NCBI RefSeq assembly: GCF_006345805.1
Contig: NC_043016.1
Coordinates: 10,602,001-10,666,000 of the forward strand
Length of the DNA: 64,000 nt
Reading direction: 5' to 3'
Source: Octopus sinensis
Taxonomy: Eukaryota
A program made the translations under genes and the position numbers. This document shows, piece by piece, positions 63,435 to 64,000 of this stretch. Every line of letters starts with the position of its first letter. Positions within the stretch are counted from its first letter, which is position 1. The notes below the pieces were generated by a model that worked only from the letters and a program-made list of their open reading frames with translations, did not search any database and was not told the origin of the DNA.

Positions 63435-64000
63435 TGTTGGTAGTCCATTGGTGTCTGATGATGACAAAACTCTTGTGTTCTCAGCGATGGGGGTGCATGT
63501 GACTCCGCAGTCCGAAGCCGGAAGCACACATGTGCCCACGGACGTCACGACGATTGTCTTTTTGACTGAATCAAGGTGGACGCTACCCTGTGATGTCTTT
63601 CTCTTGCAGCATCAAGACACTCGTTGCCGGTCATCTTCGAAAGCAGCTGCTGCTCGTTAAAGACCTCCACGCTGATCTGAAGAGGATCTGTTTAAAGATC
63701 GAGGCATATCAGAGTGAAACACACAACACTTGATGACTAGACAGGTAAACAATCTGTTCCTTTAAGTGAAGGATTCATCAATGAAAGGAAGTCCACTGGT
63801 GTTTGGTAATCCACCACAGACCAGTGTTTCATACAGGGGGAATGTTGGCCTGCTCATCAAACCAATAGGGTGGCATTATTTGAAAGCCAAAGCAGTATGA
63901 TCAAGTGCATTGTGACTAGTGGTGTATTATAACATCCAATAATATAGTTGATACAGAAATCTTATATAATATTATATATCATATTTACATGCTAGTGGCC

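Noticed and set aside
63225-63548. Low-complexity ORFs (poly-CV, poly-HT; also 17617-18296 and 37646-38056)
   Set aside because: Translations of (CA)n/(TG)n microsatellites.

Overview
Repeat-dense, AT-rich animal genomic DNA. The SINE, MITE and LINE families resemble those I recall from octopus (cephalopod) genomes; this is an inference I cannot confirm here. There is no complete host gene, only one candidate first coding exon (minus strand, 29054-29199). Main contents: (1) a near full-length RTE-clade LINE on the minus strand (~46570-52500) with APE+RT split by four apparent single-base frameshifts and a 3' UTR tandemly amplified about six times; (2) a full-length L1/Tx1-clade LINE (52927-58158, minus; CCHC ORF1, APE-RT-zinc finger ORF2) head-to-tail with a 5'-truncated sister copy, both bounded by the same 17-bp target motif located at the junction of a ~717-bp repeat unit, which suggests sequence-specific insertion; (3) five hammerhead-ribozyme-like cores in short Penelope-type repeats, including one behind a tRNA-like Pol III head inside a 12-bp direct repeat and one back-to-back inverted pair; (4) about 30 tRNA-derived SINE copies of three families, TTAA-flanked MITE arrays, hAT and mariner MITEs, a small Helitron, a Chapaev3-like transposase remnant, a Penelope RT remnant, CR1/RTE fragments, a ~190-bp palindrome and many microsatellites. 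Boundaries of decayed repeats are approximate, and family names come from motif recognition, not database searches.
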